A stretch of DNA of 64,000 nucleotides from a virus. The stretch spans positions 1 through 64,000 of the IMG/VR virus record IMGVR_UViG_3300034200_001099, one strand, 5' to 3'. Positions within the stretch are counted from its first letter, which is position 1, and each line of letters starts with the position of its first letter. Below are positions 10,897-23,232 of the stretch, in pieces. Under the pieces are notes generated by a model. The model ran no database searches and had not been told where the DNA came from. It saw nothing but the letters and a program-made list of their open reading frames with translations. Position numbers and translations under genes: made by a program.

Positions 10897-13886
10897 TGGC
10901 ATCTAATAATATATATTGTCCACCACAAAGTAGTGCGGCCAACCAATTCTCAAACAATTTGGTTGGAGTTCAGTTAGTTACTGGAGGAGGATTAACACAG
11001 GCTAATTTTAATTTTACAACCGGAATTAGTGAAAAACAAAATAGAACTTTTACTATTGGAACTTTTTCTGATCCAATAAATTTAGAGTCGATGAATATCC
11101 AAAACCAAGTAGAGGCGGCAGATATATTATCAACAAATTATAGAGTATATCCTAATTATGATTTATCGCAGGTTACTAACTTTACCCAATACGGATCTTT
11201 AGTTAAAAGACTTTCTGTTTCAGTAACAAAAATTATTAACTATTATCCTGGTGGTCTTGAGGTTAATCCTGTTACCCCAAAATTTGTTAAACAAGAAACC
11301 GCAATAAACATATCATACGATCAACAATCTAACGACACAACCTTAGAGATATATTTAACATCAATTCAAAATCCTTTTGAAATTGATTATTCTCAAAACG
11401 CAGAAACAAACATGATGTTTTATGAGATGCCAGTTTCACCTTTGAGAAATATGAAGTTGGAATATAAAAAGTATGTTCTTTATGTAAACGGAACCCAATA
11501 CCCTTTAAATTATTTATATCCAACAACAAGCAACTCAACCACATTAAAAATAATAGTTGATGGAAATCCATTCAGTGGTTATACCTCAACATCAGATTAT
11601 TTGGTAGTAAGACCTAATGACTTTGAAATAAATAAAGTTTTTAATTTAAATTTTGATTCGGTAGAGAATTTTTTATTAAATAGAAATATAAATCCACCAT
11701 ATACCGCCCAATTTTTTGTGCCTACTGAACAAGATGATGGTAGTTATCTCATTATAAAAGAAAGTGTTATGTGGCCAAGATCTGGATTATGGAACTTAGA
11801 CATAATATCGGGATCATTTGACAATTATTTAGAAAAAATTAATGCTTTTTCATTAAATTTAGATCAATATAATACTAATTTAATATCTAGGTTTATGACA
11901 ACAGGGGCGTTAAAAGAATTTGACACTCCAGATCAAAAATTTGAAAAACTATTACAAATATATGGTAGAAGTTTTGACGAAACAAGAAGTTTTATAACAA
12001 CATTAGGTAATATTAATAGTGTTAATTACACAATTAAAAATGATATACCATCACAACTTTTAAAAAATTTAGCACAAACTTTAGGTTGGGTTACTAATTT
12101 TTCGCCAATATCTCAGGACGAACTATTACAAGCTGTGTTTACAACACAACCAAATAAGTTTTCAGGATTACAAATAGGGCCAACACCCGAAGAAATTAAT
12201 TATCAATTTTATAGAAATTTAATTATTAATTCTGCATATCTTTTTAAGTCTAAAGGAACTAGAAAATCAATTGAGTGTTTGTTAAGAATGGTTGGAGCTC
12301 CCGAAGCTCTAATAGACTTTAATGAATACATATATGTTGCCGATACAAGAATTAATATGTCGGAGTTTGATCAACAATACGCCCAAATAAGTTTAGGGAA
12401 TTATACACAAGAATTTCCGGTCTTAGAAACAACCAATGTATTTTCAATACATGGAATACAATATACTGGATTTACAACCACAACAACTAATGCCAATGTC
12501 TTAACCACAAGAGATGATTATCCGTTAGATAATTTTGGGTGTCCTAAAATGCCACTAACCTCTGACGATTATTTTTTCCAAATTGGTGGTGGTTGGTATC
12601 AATCAACTCCTGACCATAGAATGCCAGAATTTGCGATACCAACAAATGAGGTGTTTGTTGGAGACAACCCAAATTTTCAAACACAACTATTGCCTTTTAA
12701 TTATGGGCAAGAATACTTGTATAGGTATCGGTATTTTCCATATATGGATTTAGGGTTTAAACTAAGAAATGTTATTGATAATAAAAAAAGTTGGATTGAT
12801 ACAAACACAACCCTTAGAACTTCTTCAGATGGTGGGTTTACATCTTATTATTTCGTTGGGGAGGAATGTTTAACTTTAAATGTTAAAAATGTGGATATTA
12901 TGATTAACCCTGGTCAAGGTTTATCATATGATGTTTGGTCAATGTCAAGAGAATATAACTACCCAATACCCGAACAAGGATTATTTTACACACCACCTTC
13001 ACCATGTTACACACCACCAAACCAATATCCAAAGGCGGGTGGGGTAGATTGGACAAGAATAGTTCCAAAACCAAAACAAAAAACTTTTTTTGAGTTTGCT
13101 CAAACTTTTTGGAGGAACATGATTAACACAAGAAATAGGCAATTTATCACCGATGGTAAAACTGGTGGATACCCAACACTCCAATCAATATATTGGAAGT
13201 ATTTGGAATCTTTAACTCAGGCAGGTATACCAAACAATAATTTTACATACAAAACAATGATTGATTTTGTAAACGGTATGGGTGATTATTGGATTAGATT
13301 GGTAGAACAAATGGTACCAGCAACTACAATTTGGAATACAGGTGTTAGATTGGAAAATTCAATATTTCACAGACAAAAGTTTGTATGGAGAAGACAAGAA
13401 GGATGTAAATTCTTACCAATACCATGTAAACCTTGTAGTCTTACAACACAACTTTACGTATTAGATTGTCCGGTCCAAGAAGTTGTTTGTGGTTTATATC
13501 CTTGGAATAGTAATCCTAACATTACATCATTTGCCGTTGTTTTAACTCAAACATTACAAGACTTTTTTATATCTCAAAATGTGGACCCAAATAGTTGTCA
13601 ATTAAACACAACAACAAGCACTTGGTATGTTGATATTAGAATTAATGGTGTTGTAATTTCATATTATGAGTTTTTTAATGGAATTGGAACAGGAAGTTTT
13701 CCAACACCACAACAATGGGTTACTGCGGTTAAAGACTCTTTTATTAATTTACTAACTTTAGGTTATAGTTATAATATTGATGAAGACACAGAAGAATTAA
13801 TCGTCTTTAATAATAATTGCATACCTAATTTTGACGACTTCGAATTGAATGTTGGAATAAACTTTGAAATATTCTGTAACGGATAA
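10896..13886 (+). CDS. Baseplate wedge / tail protein (P2 gpI / T4 gp7-like motif)
   Basis: IPSQLLKNLAQTLGW...YLFKSKGTRKSIECLLRMVG matches the KGT motif region of baseplate wedge proteins. Confidence 0.6.
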   Translation: MASNNIYCPPQSSAANQFSNNLVGVQLVTGGGLTQANFNFTTGISEKQNRTFTIGTFSDPINLESMNIQNQVEAADILSTNYRVYPNYDLSQVTNFTQYGSLVKRLSVSVTKIINYYPGGLEVNPVTPKFVKQETAINISYDQQSNDTTLEIYLTSIQNPFEIDYSQNAETNMMFYEMPVSPLRNMKLEYKKYVLYVNGTQYPLNYLYPTTSNSTTLKIIVDGNPFSGYTSTSDYLVVRPNDFEINKVFNLNFDSVENFLLNRNINPPYTAQFFVPTEQDDGSYLIIKESVMWPRSGLWNLDIISGSFDNYLEKINAFSLNLDQYNTNLISRFMTTGALKEFDTPDQKFEKLLQIYGRSFDETRSFITTLGNINSVNYTIKNDIPSQLLKNLAQTLGWVTNFSPISQDELLQAVFTTQPNKFSGLQIGPTPEEINYQFYRNLIINSAYLFKSKGTRKSIECLLRMVGAPEALIDFNEYIYVADTRINMSEFDQQYAQISLGNYTQEFPVLETTNVFSIHGIQYTGFTTTTTNANVLTTRDDYPLDNFGCPKMPLTSDDYFFQIGGGWYQSTPDHRMPEFAIPTNEVFVGDNPNFQTQLLPFNYGQEYLYRYRYFPYMDLGFKLRNVIDNKKSWIDTNTTLRTSSDGGFTSYYFVGEECLTLNVKNVDIMINPGQGLSYDVWSMSREYNYPIPEQGLFYTPPSPCYTPPNQYPKAGGVDWTRIVPKPKQKTFFEFAQTFWRNMINTRNRQFITDGKTGGYPTLQSIYWKYLESLTQAGIPNNNFTYKTMIDFVNGMGDYWIRLVEQMVPATTIWNTGVRLENSIFHRQKFVWRRQEGCKFLPIPCKPCSLTTQLYVLDCPVQEVVCGLYPWNSNPNITSFAVVLTQTLQDFFISQNVDPNSCQLNTTTSTWYVDIRINGVVISYYEFFNGIGTGSFPTPQQWVTAVKDSFINLLTLGYSYNIDEDTEELIVFNNNCIPNFDDFELNVGINFEIFCNG

Positions 13887-16084
13887 TGAGTATATCAATT
13901 CTACAATATAATGTAACAGGAGATTGTGAAAATCTAAATGTTGGCGCAGTTTATTTACAAGTAAGTGGAGATACACCTCCATTTGCGGTTAATTGTATTT
14001 CACCGTCTTGTCCTTTACCAACATCAGCATTAACCGCACCATACATATACTCATACGAGAATATTTCAGGTGGAACTTATTTTTTACAAATAACGGATGG
14101 TAGTTCGGCGTTTGAGATCAAATCGGTTTATATATCAACAGGAACTACCGTAAGTATAGATTCTTCAAATACAACATGTGGATTAGATAACGGAGAGGTT
14201 ACAGGATTTACTTCTGGTGTTTATGGATTTTCAACCTTTATTTTATATGACGGAGATGATAATTATATAAATTCAGGAACATCGGTATCAACAGATTATA
14301 CATTTACATCGTTATCTGCCGGAACTTATTATGTTTCTGCAAACGATGGTGGTGGTTGTGATGGAGAAAGCGCTTCTGTAATAATTAATCCGTCTAATCC
14401 ATTTACCTTTAGTGGGTATGTTGTTAATGACGCATCTTGTTTGGGAACGGGAAGTGGTAAAATATTTTTAACAGGTTTAACTTTACCTGTATCGGCATAT
14501 ACAATAACTTGGAGTCCAAGCGGCCTTTTAACTCAAACCGGAGCCACTGTAACTGGATTAACTGCCGGCACTTATATTGCAACGGTAACGGAACCTAATG
14601 GTTGTTCTAACAGTGTGTCATTTACTGTTAATACTGTAACACCAGTATCTTCGGGTGGATTTATTGTTATAAATCAACCAACTTGTTTTCAAAACGATGG
14701 GGAAGTTGAGTTTATTGTTATAAATGGAACTCCACCCTATTTCTTTAGTGCTTCTACAGGCCAAGTGGAAATCACATTTGGATCATCGGTTAATTTCACA
14801 GGACTAACTTCAGGATCATATTCATTTTTAGTTACTGATGCTGGCCTTTGTACCACATATGATAGTGTTAGTTTATTAACCCCAAATTCATTTACCAATG
14901 TTGCAATTAATACCACAAATTCTAATTGTTCTGTAAATGATGGAATAATCCAAGTGTTGGTTGATAATGGATTAAGCACCGCAACAAATTTACAAATATC
15001 AATTTCAGGAACATCAGGAATTCAACAAACGGGAACTTTAAACAATTCAAACCAATATTTTTACGGTTTAGCGAATGGAACATACTTAGTAACCGTATCT
15101 TCAATTGCGTGCTCATACACGGCAACAACAACAATAAGTTCTACAAACCTATATACTTTAAGCACGGCTACAACAGGAACAACTTGTGGTCAAAATAACG
15201 GCATATTAGATGTAAAAGTATCAACTGGAGGCACATTACCATACTTATTTACATTAGTCGGACCTAGTTATGCTCCAATATCAATCACAACACCAGTCAG
15301 CACTTTTACAGGGTTAAAATATGGTAATTACGTATTAACAGTTCAAGACTCAGGAATACCATCATGTGTTCAAACTATTGCAATTTTTATTGGAAATAGT
15401 CAATCAATGTTTTTTAGTTTATTTGCAACACAACCCACGATTGGTAATGACGGATCAATAACTGTTCTAATTACAAATGGAACCCCACCATTCACTTATA
15501 TATGGAGCGGTGGAACAACATCATCACAAACGGGAAGCACTGTGTCAGGGCTTACCGCAGGAACTTATAGTTGTACGGTTATTGACACCAGTGGTTGTAC
15601 TTTAACAAAATATAAAACTCTTACCGGAACAAAAAAATATTCAAATTATAGATATTATAATGTTTGTAGTAACGAATTTAGAAATAGTGGGGATATTACA
15701 AAACGAGGAATTAGATCCATGTATTTAGAAGGTTTTTCAGATCTTACAAGTGGGGATACAAATTGCATAATAAACGAAGCGACTTTTTCAATATACGCCC
15801 AAATAAGTTCTCAATCTGCTCAAACAGAGTTTTACACTTCCTCAGGAGCTACCGACTACCCTAACGATCAAATTTGGGCAGAAACAATTGTTAATACTTT
15901 AGATTCATTTTTAGGTATATCGGGAACAACCGTAGACATACCCTCAAATAGGATTACAATAAATACAACTTGTGAAGACATACCAAAGGGATGTGAAATA
16001 GTTCCAATAAATCCGTTGCAAGATAATGAAGTAATTGTAAAATTGGTTATTGATTATAACATATCTTGTGTAAGTTGTATTTAA
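13886..16084 (+). CDS. SprB-like repeat (Ig-like) adhesin/fibre protein
   Basis: Repeated units such as TC..NDG.I.V....GTPPY.Y.W....[14 protein letters not shown]. Confidence 0.7.
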   Translation: MSISILQYNVTGDCENLNVGAVYLQVSGDTPPFAVNCISPSCPLPTSALTAPYIYSYENISGGTYFLQITDGSSAFEIKSVYISTGTTVSIDSSNTTCGLDNGEVTGFTSGVYGFSTFILYDGDDNYINSGTSVSTDYTFTSLSAGTYYVSANDGGGCDGESASVIINPSNPFTFSGYVVNDASCLGTGSGKIFLTGLTLPVSAYTITWSPSGLLTQTGATVTGLTAGTYIATVTEPNGCSNSVSFTVNTVTPVSSGGFIVINQPTCFQNDGEVEFIVINGTPPYFFSASTGQVEITFGSSVNFTGLTSGSYSFLVTDAGLCTTYDSVSLLTPNSFTNVAINTTNSNCSVNDGIIQVLVDNGLSTATNLQISISGTSGIQQTGTLNNSNQYFYGLANGTYLVTVSSIACSYTATTTISSTNLYTLSTATTGTTCGQNNGILDVKVSTGGTLPYLFTLVGPSYAPISITTPVSTFTGLKYGNYVLTVQDSGIPSCVQTIAIFIGNSQSMFFSLFATQPTIGNDGSITVLITNGTPPFTYIWSGGTTSSQTGSTVSGLTAGTYSCTVIDTSGCTLTKYKTLTGTKKYSNYRYYNVCSNEFRNSGDITKRGIRSMYLEGFSDLTSGDTNCIINEATFSIYAQISSQSAQTEFYTSSGATDYPNDQIWAETIVNTLDSFLGISGTTVDIPSNRITINTTCEDIPKGCEIVPINPLQDNEVIVKLVIDYNISCVSCI

Positions 16085-16085
16085 A

Positions 16086-16844
16086 ATGCCAAATCAAATA
16101 ACAATAACAAGTATTTTTGGACTAACCCCACCATTTAGTGCATATTGTTGTAATGTTTATGGTAATCAATGTGTCTATGTTGGTTCGGCAATAATTCCGC
16201 CGATTACTATAACACTACCACCACAATTTAACACCGCACCAGCTGTTGGTTTATTAATAATAGACTCAATTGGGTGTGAAAGATTTGAAGAAATATATTG
16301 TGCTCCACCAACCCCACCACCAACCCCATCACCAACTCCTACACCAACAGAAACCCCTACACCTACTATAACCCCAACACAAACGGTAACGGAAACACCT
16401 ACTGTTACACCAACCAATACAGTTACACCAGGATTAAGCCCAACCGAAACACCAACTCCCACACCAACACCTACTCTTACACCTACAAATACGGTAACGA
16501 CCACACCTACACCAACTTATACGCCTACACCAACTTATACTCCTACAGAAACTCCCACACCAACATTAACGCCAAGCCTAACACCCACACTTACACCTAC
16601 AGAAACGCCGACACCTACACCCACAGAAACGCCTACACCAACACCAATACCTTGTGATACTTATTGGTTATTTGATGGCGGTCCAGCAGGAGCTACTTTT
16701 GATTATACAGATTGTGATGGGTTCTTACAAATTCTTTTGGTTGGTATTGCTAGTTCCGAATATCGTTGTGGATACCTTTTACCCACACCAACACTAATAT
16801 CAGGTAGTGGGACATTTTCAGATTCAGGTCCTTGTCCCCCTTAA
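16086..16844 (+). CDS. Pro/Thr-repeat (mucin-like linker) protein with Cys-containing end domains
   Basis: ~115 aa of (TP)n/TPTETP between a 72-aa N-domain and a C-terminal Y-TDCDG module. Confidence 0.7.
   Translation: MPNQITITSIFGLTPPFSAYCCNVYGNQCVYVGSAIIPPITITLPPQFNTAPAVGLLIIDSIGCERFEEIYCAPPTPPPTPSPTPTPTETPTPTITPTQTVTETPTVTPTNTVTPGLSPTETPTPTPTPTLTPTNTVTTTPTPTYTPTPTYTPTETPTPTLTPSLTPTLTPTETPTPTPTETPTPTPIPCDTYWLFDGGPAGATFDYTDCDGFLQILLVGIASSEYRCGYLLPTPTLISGSGTFSDSGPCPP
16302..16650 (+). repeat. Degenerate ACA-CCA (Thr-Pro) coding repeat
   Basis: Directly visible acacca/acacct repeats. Confidence 0.9.
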
Positions 16845-16885
16845 TTTGAATTCACTTATTAAAAATAACTATTATTATTTCACTA

Positions 16886-17866
16886 ATGAAAAATATATTA
16901 TTTGTAACAGCACAACCTGATGTACCATACTTTATTTGGCAAATAAAACTATATGTGAATAATTTTATTGAAAAGGGGATTGACCCAAATCAAATACATG
17001 TTGTTTTAGGATTAGTTCTTGGTAATACAAAACCATCTGAAGAATCTTTAAAATTAAAAGAGTTTGGTATTAATGTTCATCATTTCTCTGATTTTAGAAG
17101 AAAAAAACATTATATACCATCTATAAAACCATTTCTTATTTCGTGTTGGTTAAAAACAAATCTTGATTACGGAAAATTATTTTTCCTTCACGATGCTGAT
17201 ATTATGTTTAATAATTTGCCTGATTTTGAAAAAATGGTTAATGACGATAAGATATATTTATCTGACACAGTTGGGTATATTGGTTATGATTATATTATTG
17301 ATTGTTGTAAGAGATATGAAAAACAACACCATAATTCTAAAAAAGAACAACTTTTACAAGAGATGGTTGACGTTGTTGGACTAAATAAGGAAATTGTTAA
17401 AGAAAATAGAGAAAATGCGGGTGGTGGGCAATACTTAATTAAAAATACTGATTCTGATTTGTGGGATAAAATATATCGAGATTCAACTATATTATATGAT
17501 CAAATGTTAGATTATCAAAAAAGGTTTCCAATTTCACCAGGAGAGATTCAATTTTGGACTGCAGAAATGTGGAGTTTACTTTGGAATCTTTGGTTACATG
17601 GACATAAAACAGAAATAACAAAAGAGTTAGATTTTTCTTGGGCAACTGATAGTATTGAGATATATGAAAAACGACCTATCTTACATATGGCAGGAGTTAC
17701 TAACGACTTAAAAACAACAAAATTTTACAAAGGTGATTACATTAATTTAGACCCAATAATGAAATTAAAAGAAAATCCAAACTATTTTGACTACATAGAT
17801 TCAAATAGTGCGACTATAAAATATATTGATAATATGAAATCATTTATTAAAAAATACAACATTTGA
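16886..17866 (+). CDS. GT-A fold glycosyltransferase resembling peptidyl-Ser galactosyltransferase / Hyp arabinosyltransferase (GT96/GT95)
   Basis: YFIWQ, YIPSIKP..I..WL, FLHDADIMF (DxD) and WTAEMW motifs occur in the order recalled for the family. Confidence 0.65.
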   Translation: MKNILFVTAQPDVPYFIWQIKLYVNNFIEKGIDPNQIHVVLGLVLGNTKPSEESLKLKEFGINVHHFSDFRRKKHYIPSIKPFLISCWLKTNLDYGKLFFLHDADIMFNNLPDFEKMVNDDKIYLSDTVGYIGYDYIIDCCKRYEKQHHNSKKEQLLQEMVDVVGLNKEIVKENRENAGGGQYLIKNTDSDLWDKIYRDSTILYDQMLDYQKRFPISPGEIQFWTAEMWSLLWNLWLHGHKTEITKELDFSWATDSIEIYEKRPILHMAGVTNDLKTTKFYKGDYINLDPIMKLKENPNYFDYIDSNSATIKYIDNMKSFIKKYNI

Positions 17867-17880
17867 TTATTTATTAAGTA

Positions 17881-19947
17881 ATGGTTGAAGATTGTTATAT
17901 ATTATATTCATGTGATGGGAGTTACGAACCAATAATTTCTAACTTTAGTGGATTGAGCGCGAATACCTCATCATACGTTAATATAGAAATATTAGACCTA
18001 TCTATAACCGCAGATACTTGTTTTTATGTTTTAAGTTTAGGTAAAATAGATTGTGACCCAACCTATGACATTACTATAGTTTCTGGTGATTGTAATTGTC
18101 TATGTTATTGTTATTTTATAAGATCTGCCACAGAAACAACAAATGTCACTTATGTTAATTGTGATGACCAAATAACTATAGATACTATTCAAGAAGGTTT
18201 AACATATAATATTTGTAGTAAAACTTACCCTAAATTTGATACAATAACTCAAATACCGATTAAGTTAACCGACATATGTGAAAACGGACAATGTCCACCA
18301 ACAATCCCAACTGTAAAACCACCAAATGAATGTGACGTAATTACAATATTTCCTATGGGTGTTGATTGTATTGTTCAAAATCCAACTAACGATAGAACAT
18401 TTGACGGAGCGGCCGCATTATCAATTACCGGAGGAACACCACCTTATACGGTATTTTGGGAGATAGGTAGTTTTGCCCCAGCATTGGCTAATATTGGTGT
18501 TGGTCAATATTCAGCAACTGTTGTTGATTATTATGGTGATTTTAGTTCTAACACAATTTGTGTGTTAACGGCAGAAACACAAATATTATCTGCAATGTGT
18601 TTTGTAGTGTCGGGAATAGTAAAAGATCAATTGGTTTATATTAATAGTCCAAGTATTGGACTTAAAAATGGAAGACCACATTATTTTTTACAATATGGTC
18701 TACAAGAATTAGGTTATGTTTTTTGGAATGAAGCAACTCAAGAATGGTATTTTTGTCAAACTATAGAATGTCAAACATCTCCTTATAATATATTAGATTA
18801 TGACGAATTTTACCCTACAGGAACTACTGGTAGTTGGGTTATTGCGGCAGACACCGAAATTTTAATTCAAGAGTCATATATTGGACCATGTCAAATACCT
18901 GTTATTCCAAAAAGTAGTTACGATTTATGTGTTAGTTTAGAGGTTATTGATTATAGTTTAGAAATACCAGCAATTTCTGTGGTTCAGATAGATTTACAAC
19001 CTGGATTAATAATAAATGGGGAAGAAAGTTGGACTTCATCAACTAGTCAATACCTTTTATATTGGAATACAGGATCAACACCATCACAATGGACATTAAC
19101 TGGATATTCCCCAACAACAATTTTTATAAATAATGACCCATCATATCCTCCTTTAAGTAATTGGCAGATTTTAGGACCTCCTAGTGTTGTATCTATTACA
19201 GTTAGAGAAGGTAGTTGTGGTTCATCATATTTAGTAAGTGTTGGAGCTAGTGATAATGATGCTGTTTGTGGTGGTTTTGGAAGTATATCGGTTACTGCCG
19301 CTGGTGGAACACCTCCATACACATTTTCTGTTGACGGAGGTTTATCTTATCAACCATCTCCTATGTTTAATAATCTTTTACCAGGAATATATTCGGTAAC
19401 CGCCAAAGATTCTAACAGTATAGTTGGGACTTTTGGAAACGTAACAATTACCAATACTCCCCCAACAACATACACATTAACATTGAATGTTAATTACGTA
19501 AACAACACATTTTCTATTACAGCACCAACCTTACCAGGAGGGGTTACTTTTACTGTTAATTTAGTAATGATTTCAACTTTATCGTATTACCCAATATCGT
19601 TAAACCCTAGTCCAAGTTATAATAACACAACAACAATTGATGGGTCGTACACTATGAATTTCATTAGTATAACAACAAACACAATCCCACTTACAGGTCC
19701 TTGTACCGCCGACGGAGCTATAAATATAATACAATATCAAAGAACATACGAAAGATCTATAACCTTAGTTAGTAATCAAACTGTTACAGGATCAACAACT
19801 AATTTTATTATTAATCAACCAAGTGGTAATTGCGAAGACGCAATTGCATATTATACCATAAATATGGATAAACCAATCGTAAATGGATGTTCGTGTTGTG
19901 AGTTAATATTAATAAACCCAGTGACACCAAAACCACCAAGTTTTTAA
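17881..19947 (+). CDS. Cys-rich SprB-like repeat structural protein
   Basis: Two ITGGTPPYT/AAGGTPPYTFS...NLLPGIYSVTAKD modules, many Cys, and TATTTAT upstream. Confidence 0.6.
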   Translation: MVEDCYILYSCDGSYEPIISNFSGLSANTSSYVNIEILDLSITADTCFYVLSLGKIDCDPTYDITIVSGDCNCLCYCYFIRSATETTNVTYVNCDDQITIDTIQEGLTYNICSKTYPKFDTITQIPIKLTDICENGQCPPTIPTVKPPNECDVITIFPMGVDCIVQNPTNDRTFDGAAALSITGGTPPYTVFWEIGSFAPALANIGVGQYSATVVDYYGDFSSNTICVLTAETQILSAMCFVVSGIVKDQLVYINSPSIGLKNGRPHYFLQYGLQELGYVFWNEATQEWYFCQTIECQTSPYNILDYDEFYPTGTTGSWVIAADTEILIQESYIGPCQIPVIPKSSYDLCVSLEVIDYSLEIPAISVVQIDLQPGLIINGEESWTSSTSQYLLYWNTGSTPSQWTLTGYSPTTIFINNDPSYPPLSNWQILGPPSVVSITVREGSCGSSYLVSVGASDNDAVCGGFGSISVTAAGGTPPYTFSVDGGLSYQPSPMFNNLLPGIYSVTAKDSNSIVGTFGNVTITNTPPTTYTLTLNVNYVNNTFSITAPTLPGGVTFTVNLVMISTLSYYPISLNPSPSYNNTTTIDGSYTMNFISITTNTIPLTGPCTADGAINIIQYQRTYERSITLVSNQTVTGSTTNFIINQPSGNCEDAIAYYTINMDKPIVNGCSCCELILINPVTPKPPSF

Positions 19948-19980
19948 ACATAAAAAACAATTTATAATATTTATTATTAA

Positions 19981-22548
19981 ATGGCATACATAATTAAAAA
20001 TACTTCAGGTTTAGTTAACACACGAGTTACCGATACTGGTAGACAAAAATTGTCGGAGGGTAATTTTAATATTTCTTATTTTGCAATAGGGGATAGTGAA
20101 ATTTCATACAACACATTACCACAAACCTACAATCAATCTGATACGGTAATTTTAGAGCCACAATTTAATTCACAAAACAACTCAGGGGTACCGGAATCAA
20201 ATAGACAATATCTTAAATATCCTTATTTGGTGGATCAAGAACAAACAAACATATATGGTATACCATTTATGGATTCACAAGTAGAATCGGTTTTTAACCG
20301 AGCGGCCATGAGAGGGTTTTTTACAGGAAATACAAGTGCTACTACCGTAAATTGGAAAGCTTTAACGAATAATCAATACGTATCAACACCAAACTATGTT
20401 GTGGATATGTATTCTTTAAGTGGTTCTAACGAAATTAATGTCTATAGAATTGATTGTAATTCATTAAATAATACAACACCACAAATTGGAGATTTTATTA
20501 CAATATATTATGATGGATTGGCAAAAAATGATTGTAATTGTGTTGGATTCCCAACGCCTACACCGACACCAACACCAACGGCAACAATAGGAACAACACC
20601 AACACAAACTAATACCCCCACCGCATCAAATACTAATTCTGATCCGTGTGCGTCACCAACGCCAACACCATCACCAACAAGAACCCCTTGTTTAACCCCA
20701 TCACCAAGTGCGGCTTGTCCTTTACCGGAACCCCCAAGTTGTGAAAAAATGATGTTTAGTTGTTACCCAACACTTACATATAGAATCATAAATGTTTGTC
20801 AAGATAAACTTACATTAGATAGATCAACACCTGATTATACAAATTTTTCAGTTGAGTGTATTGCAAGGGCATTAATTTATCCTCCAAAAATGACACCACT
20901 TTATGATAGTTTTACCCCTGAACCTCATTGGAGTAAAAGTGTTATTGATTTTGAATCAGTTTGTGATACAGATCAATTTGATGTTAAAATTTGGAACATG
21001 AATATTCCTTGGACTGAAAATCCGGCCGGACTTATTTCAACAATTTATGACGATTACACAAAATTTGGGTCAATTGCTTATATTGGACAAAAAGAATATT
21101 TAGGATATACTACAAGTGCTCAAACATCAACAGATGATGTTTATTATTATAATTCTTTTGGAGATAAAAAAGTTGTTACACCAAAAGAACAAAAAGCAAT
21201 TGCCATTATTCACTACACTAATCAAACAATTGATTTCTTTTATGGTGAAAAATTCGCAATGCAACCTTACGATAGTCAAAATCCTGAAAACACACAAGGA
21301 CAAGCAAGAAATTTTAAATTATATATGCCAACTTTAATGTGGCATAAAAACACCGAATGTTGTTTTGGTCAAACATTCTATGTTGATCCACCTAATTTTG
21401 ATGGTAAAAATCTATTCCAAGTCCAATATACTAAATCGAATGTATCGTCAAACATGAATCAACCTGGTTTGAGATACTTTAACTTGTGGGATACATTTGC
21501 ACAATCAAATGGTTTACCAAGTAGAATTGGAAAAGTATATCCTGATTCACAAATGATAGTTATTGATGATGAAGAAGTTGTTGCGGCTCTTTCATATAAA
21601 TCAAATAGGAATTGGACATTACCGGCACCACAAATTTCTTTAATTACACCAAACACTTGTGGAACCTCAAATACAACCGGGGTTTTAACTGGTGGTTCAG
21701 AAACACTTTGGATAACATATAGGTTATCAAATAATTATGATTTTACAAATTCACTACATTGTAATTATTACAGTAGTTTAGTTGGAACCGAAAATGTTTG
21801 CACACCGGACACACCACAAAATGTTGCGGTTAGATTTGGTGGAGAATTTTATTGTTTGGTTCAACCAGGATACTCTCCAACAACAACTACAACAACATAT
21901 AGTCCGTTAACGACAACTACAACTAATAGTCCTGTTACAACAACTACAACAAACTATAGTCCGTTAACAACAACGACAACTAATAATCCTGTTACAACAA
22001 CAACAACACATTGTCCAACTTGTATTGTTCCAACAGGTTTTTACGCCACACAATTTGAAGTGTTGGCACAAAAGACGTTAAATGGTGTGAGACCTAACCC
22101 AACACAATGGAAACTTATAGATTTTACAGATCAAATAAGTGGTATGTTTGTCAATGGATATGTGACACAAGAATCGTTAACGGCAACAACTTTTGTTATT
22201 ACTTCAGAAAATTATTCGTCAGCCCCATTTTATAATTTAAATAATTATGTTGACTTAGTTCCTTTAAATACCACAACTCCAAAGTTAAATTTTGGTGATG
22301 AGTATTATTTTTACGGTAGTTTAGAAACTGATATTCAAGCAACAATTTATGAAATGAAATATAAAATAAATCTAAGTTCAACCGAGTTTTTGGTTTCTCA
22401 AAACCCAACATGGACTTTTGGAACTAAATCTTATGTTTCTGAAATTGCGTTATTAGACGAAAATAAAGATATTTTGGTTATGTCAAAATTACAGTCACCG
22501 GTTCTTAGACAAGGAATACAACAATATGTCGTAAAACTTGATTTGTAA
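19981..22548 (+). CDS. Tail-collar/fibre-attachment-like structural protein with Pro/Thr and poly-Thr inserts
   Basis: N-terminal TDTGRQKL...YFAIGD and C-terminal VSEIALLDENKDILVMSKL..P are typical of tail collar-fibre N-domains; PT tract and TTTTT repeats are inserted. Confidence 0.55.
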   Translation: MAYIIKNTSGLVNTRVTDTGRQKLSEGNFNISYFAIGDSEISYNTLPQTYNQSDTVILEPQFNSQNNSGVPESNRQYLKYPYLVDQEQTNIYGIPFMDSQVESVFNRAAMRGFFTGNTSATTVNWKALTNNQYVSTPNYVVDMYSLSGSNEINVYRIDCNSLNNTTPQIGDFITIYYDGLAKNDCNCVGFPTPTPTPTPTATIGTTPTQTNTPTASNTNSDPCASPTPTPSPTRTPCLTPSPSAACPLPEPPSCEKMMFSCYPTLTYRIINVCQDKLTLDRSTPDYTNFSVECIARALIYPPKMTPLYDSFTPEPHWSKSVIDFESVCDTDQFDVKIWNMNIPWTENPAGLISTIYDDYTKFGSIAYIGQKEYLGYTTSAQTSTDDVYYYNSFGDKKVVTPKEQKAIAIIHYTNQTIDFFYGEKFAMQPYDSQNPENTQGQARNFKLYMPTLMWHKNTECCFGQTFYVDPPNFDGKNLFQVQYTKSNVSSNMNQPGLRYFNLWDTFAQSNGLPSRIGKVYPDSQMIVIDDEEVVAALSYKSNRNWTLPAPQISLITPNTCGTSNTTGVLTGGSETLWITYRLSNNYDFTNSLHCNYYSSLVGTENVCTPDTPQNVAVRFGGEFYCLVQPGYSPTTTTTTYSPLTTTTTNSPVTTTTTNYSPLTTTTTNNPVTTTTTHCPTCIVPTGFYATQFEVLAQKTLNGVRPNPTQWKLIDFTDQISGMFVNGYVTQESLTATTFVITSENYSSAPFYNLNNYVDLVPLNTTTPKLNFGDEYYFYGSLETDIQATIYEMKYKINLSSTEFLVSQNPTWTFGTKSYVSEIALLDENKDILVMSKLQSPVLRQGIQQYVVKLDL
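21871..22020 (+). repeat. ~30-bp tandem repeat encoding (Y/N)SP(L/V)TTTTT
   Basis: Four to five imperfect units visible. Confidence 0.85.
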
Positions 22549-22603
22549 GATAAACTACATTTTTTTTTATAATGTCTTATAATATTTAAATACCATTAAA
22601 TTT

Positions 22604-23209
22604 ATGAATAAAAATTTAAAAAACTCACCCAAAGTATTGGGATTAGACATCTCAACAAAAACAATTGGTTGGGCTTTATTTGACATCCAAACTAAAGAAC
22701 TTTTAGAACTTACTCACATATCTCCAAGACCTAAGTTAGATAATGACAAAGACAAATTAAAAGAATTATTGGTAAAATCTGAAATTTTTGCCGAAAAATT
22801 AAAAGAATATAAAAATCTTGGAATTGTTAGAATCGTAATAGAAGAACCCCTTTTAAATTCAAATAATGTTTATACGGTTCAAACCCTATTAAGATTCAAT
22901 AGTTTTGTTTTTAAAGAAATATATAATATTTTAGGTATAGTGCCAGAATTCATATCTACGTATAATTCAAGAAAGTATGCGTTTCCTGATCTTATTAAAG
23001 AAAATGATAAAAATAAATTTGTTTTATTTGGAGGATTACCAAAAAATATTGATAAAAAAATGATAATCTGGGAAAAAGTTGCTAAACTTGAGCCACAAAT
23101 AAAATGGTTATACACAAAAAATAATACTCTAAGAAAAGAAAATTTTGATCAAACAGATGCCTATACATGCGTATTGGGTCTTATGAGATTAAAAGAAATT
23201 TGGGTATAA
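22604..23209 (+). CDS. RuvC-like Holliday junction resolvase
   Basis: VLGLDISTKTIGWA, IVIEEP and C-terminal D..DA form the RNase H-fold acidic motifs. Confidence 0.75.
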   Translation: MNKNLKNSPKVLGLDISTKTIGWALFDIQTKELLELTHISPRPKLDNDKDKLKELLVKSEIFAEKLKEYKNLGIVRIVIEEPLLNSNNVYTVQTLLRFNSFVFKEIYNILGIVPEFISTYNSRKYAFPDLIKENDKNKFVLFGGLPKNIDKKMIIWEKVAKLEPQIKWLYTKNNTLRKENFDQTDAYTCVLGLMRLKEIWV

Positions 23210-23232
23210 ATTAATCGTTAAATTTCTTGTTT

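Noticed and set aside
16175-16657. Alternative ORFs 16175..16504(-) and 16298..16657(+), and likewise 23276..23587 and 23696..23965
   Set aside because: Shadow frames of the Thr-Pro repeats (VGVG/YTNT), which lack stop codons for compositional reasons.
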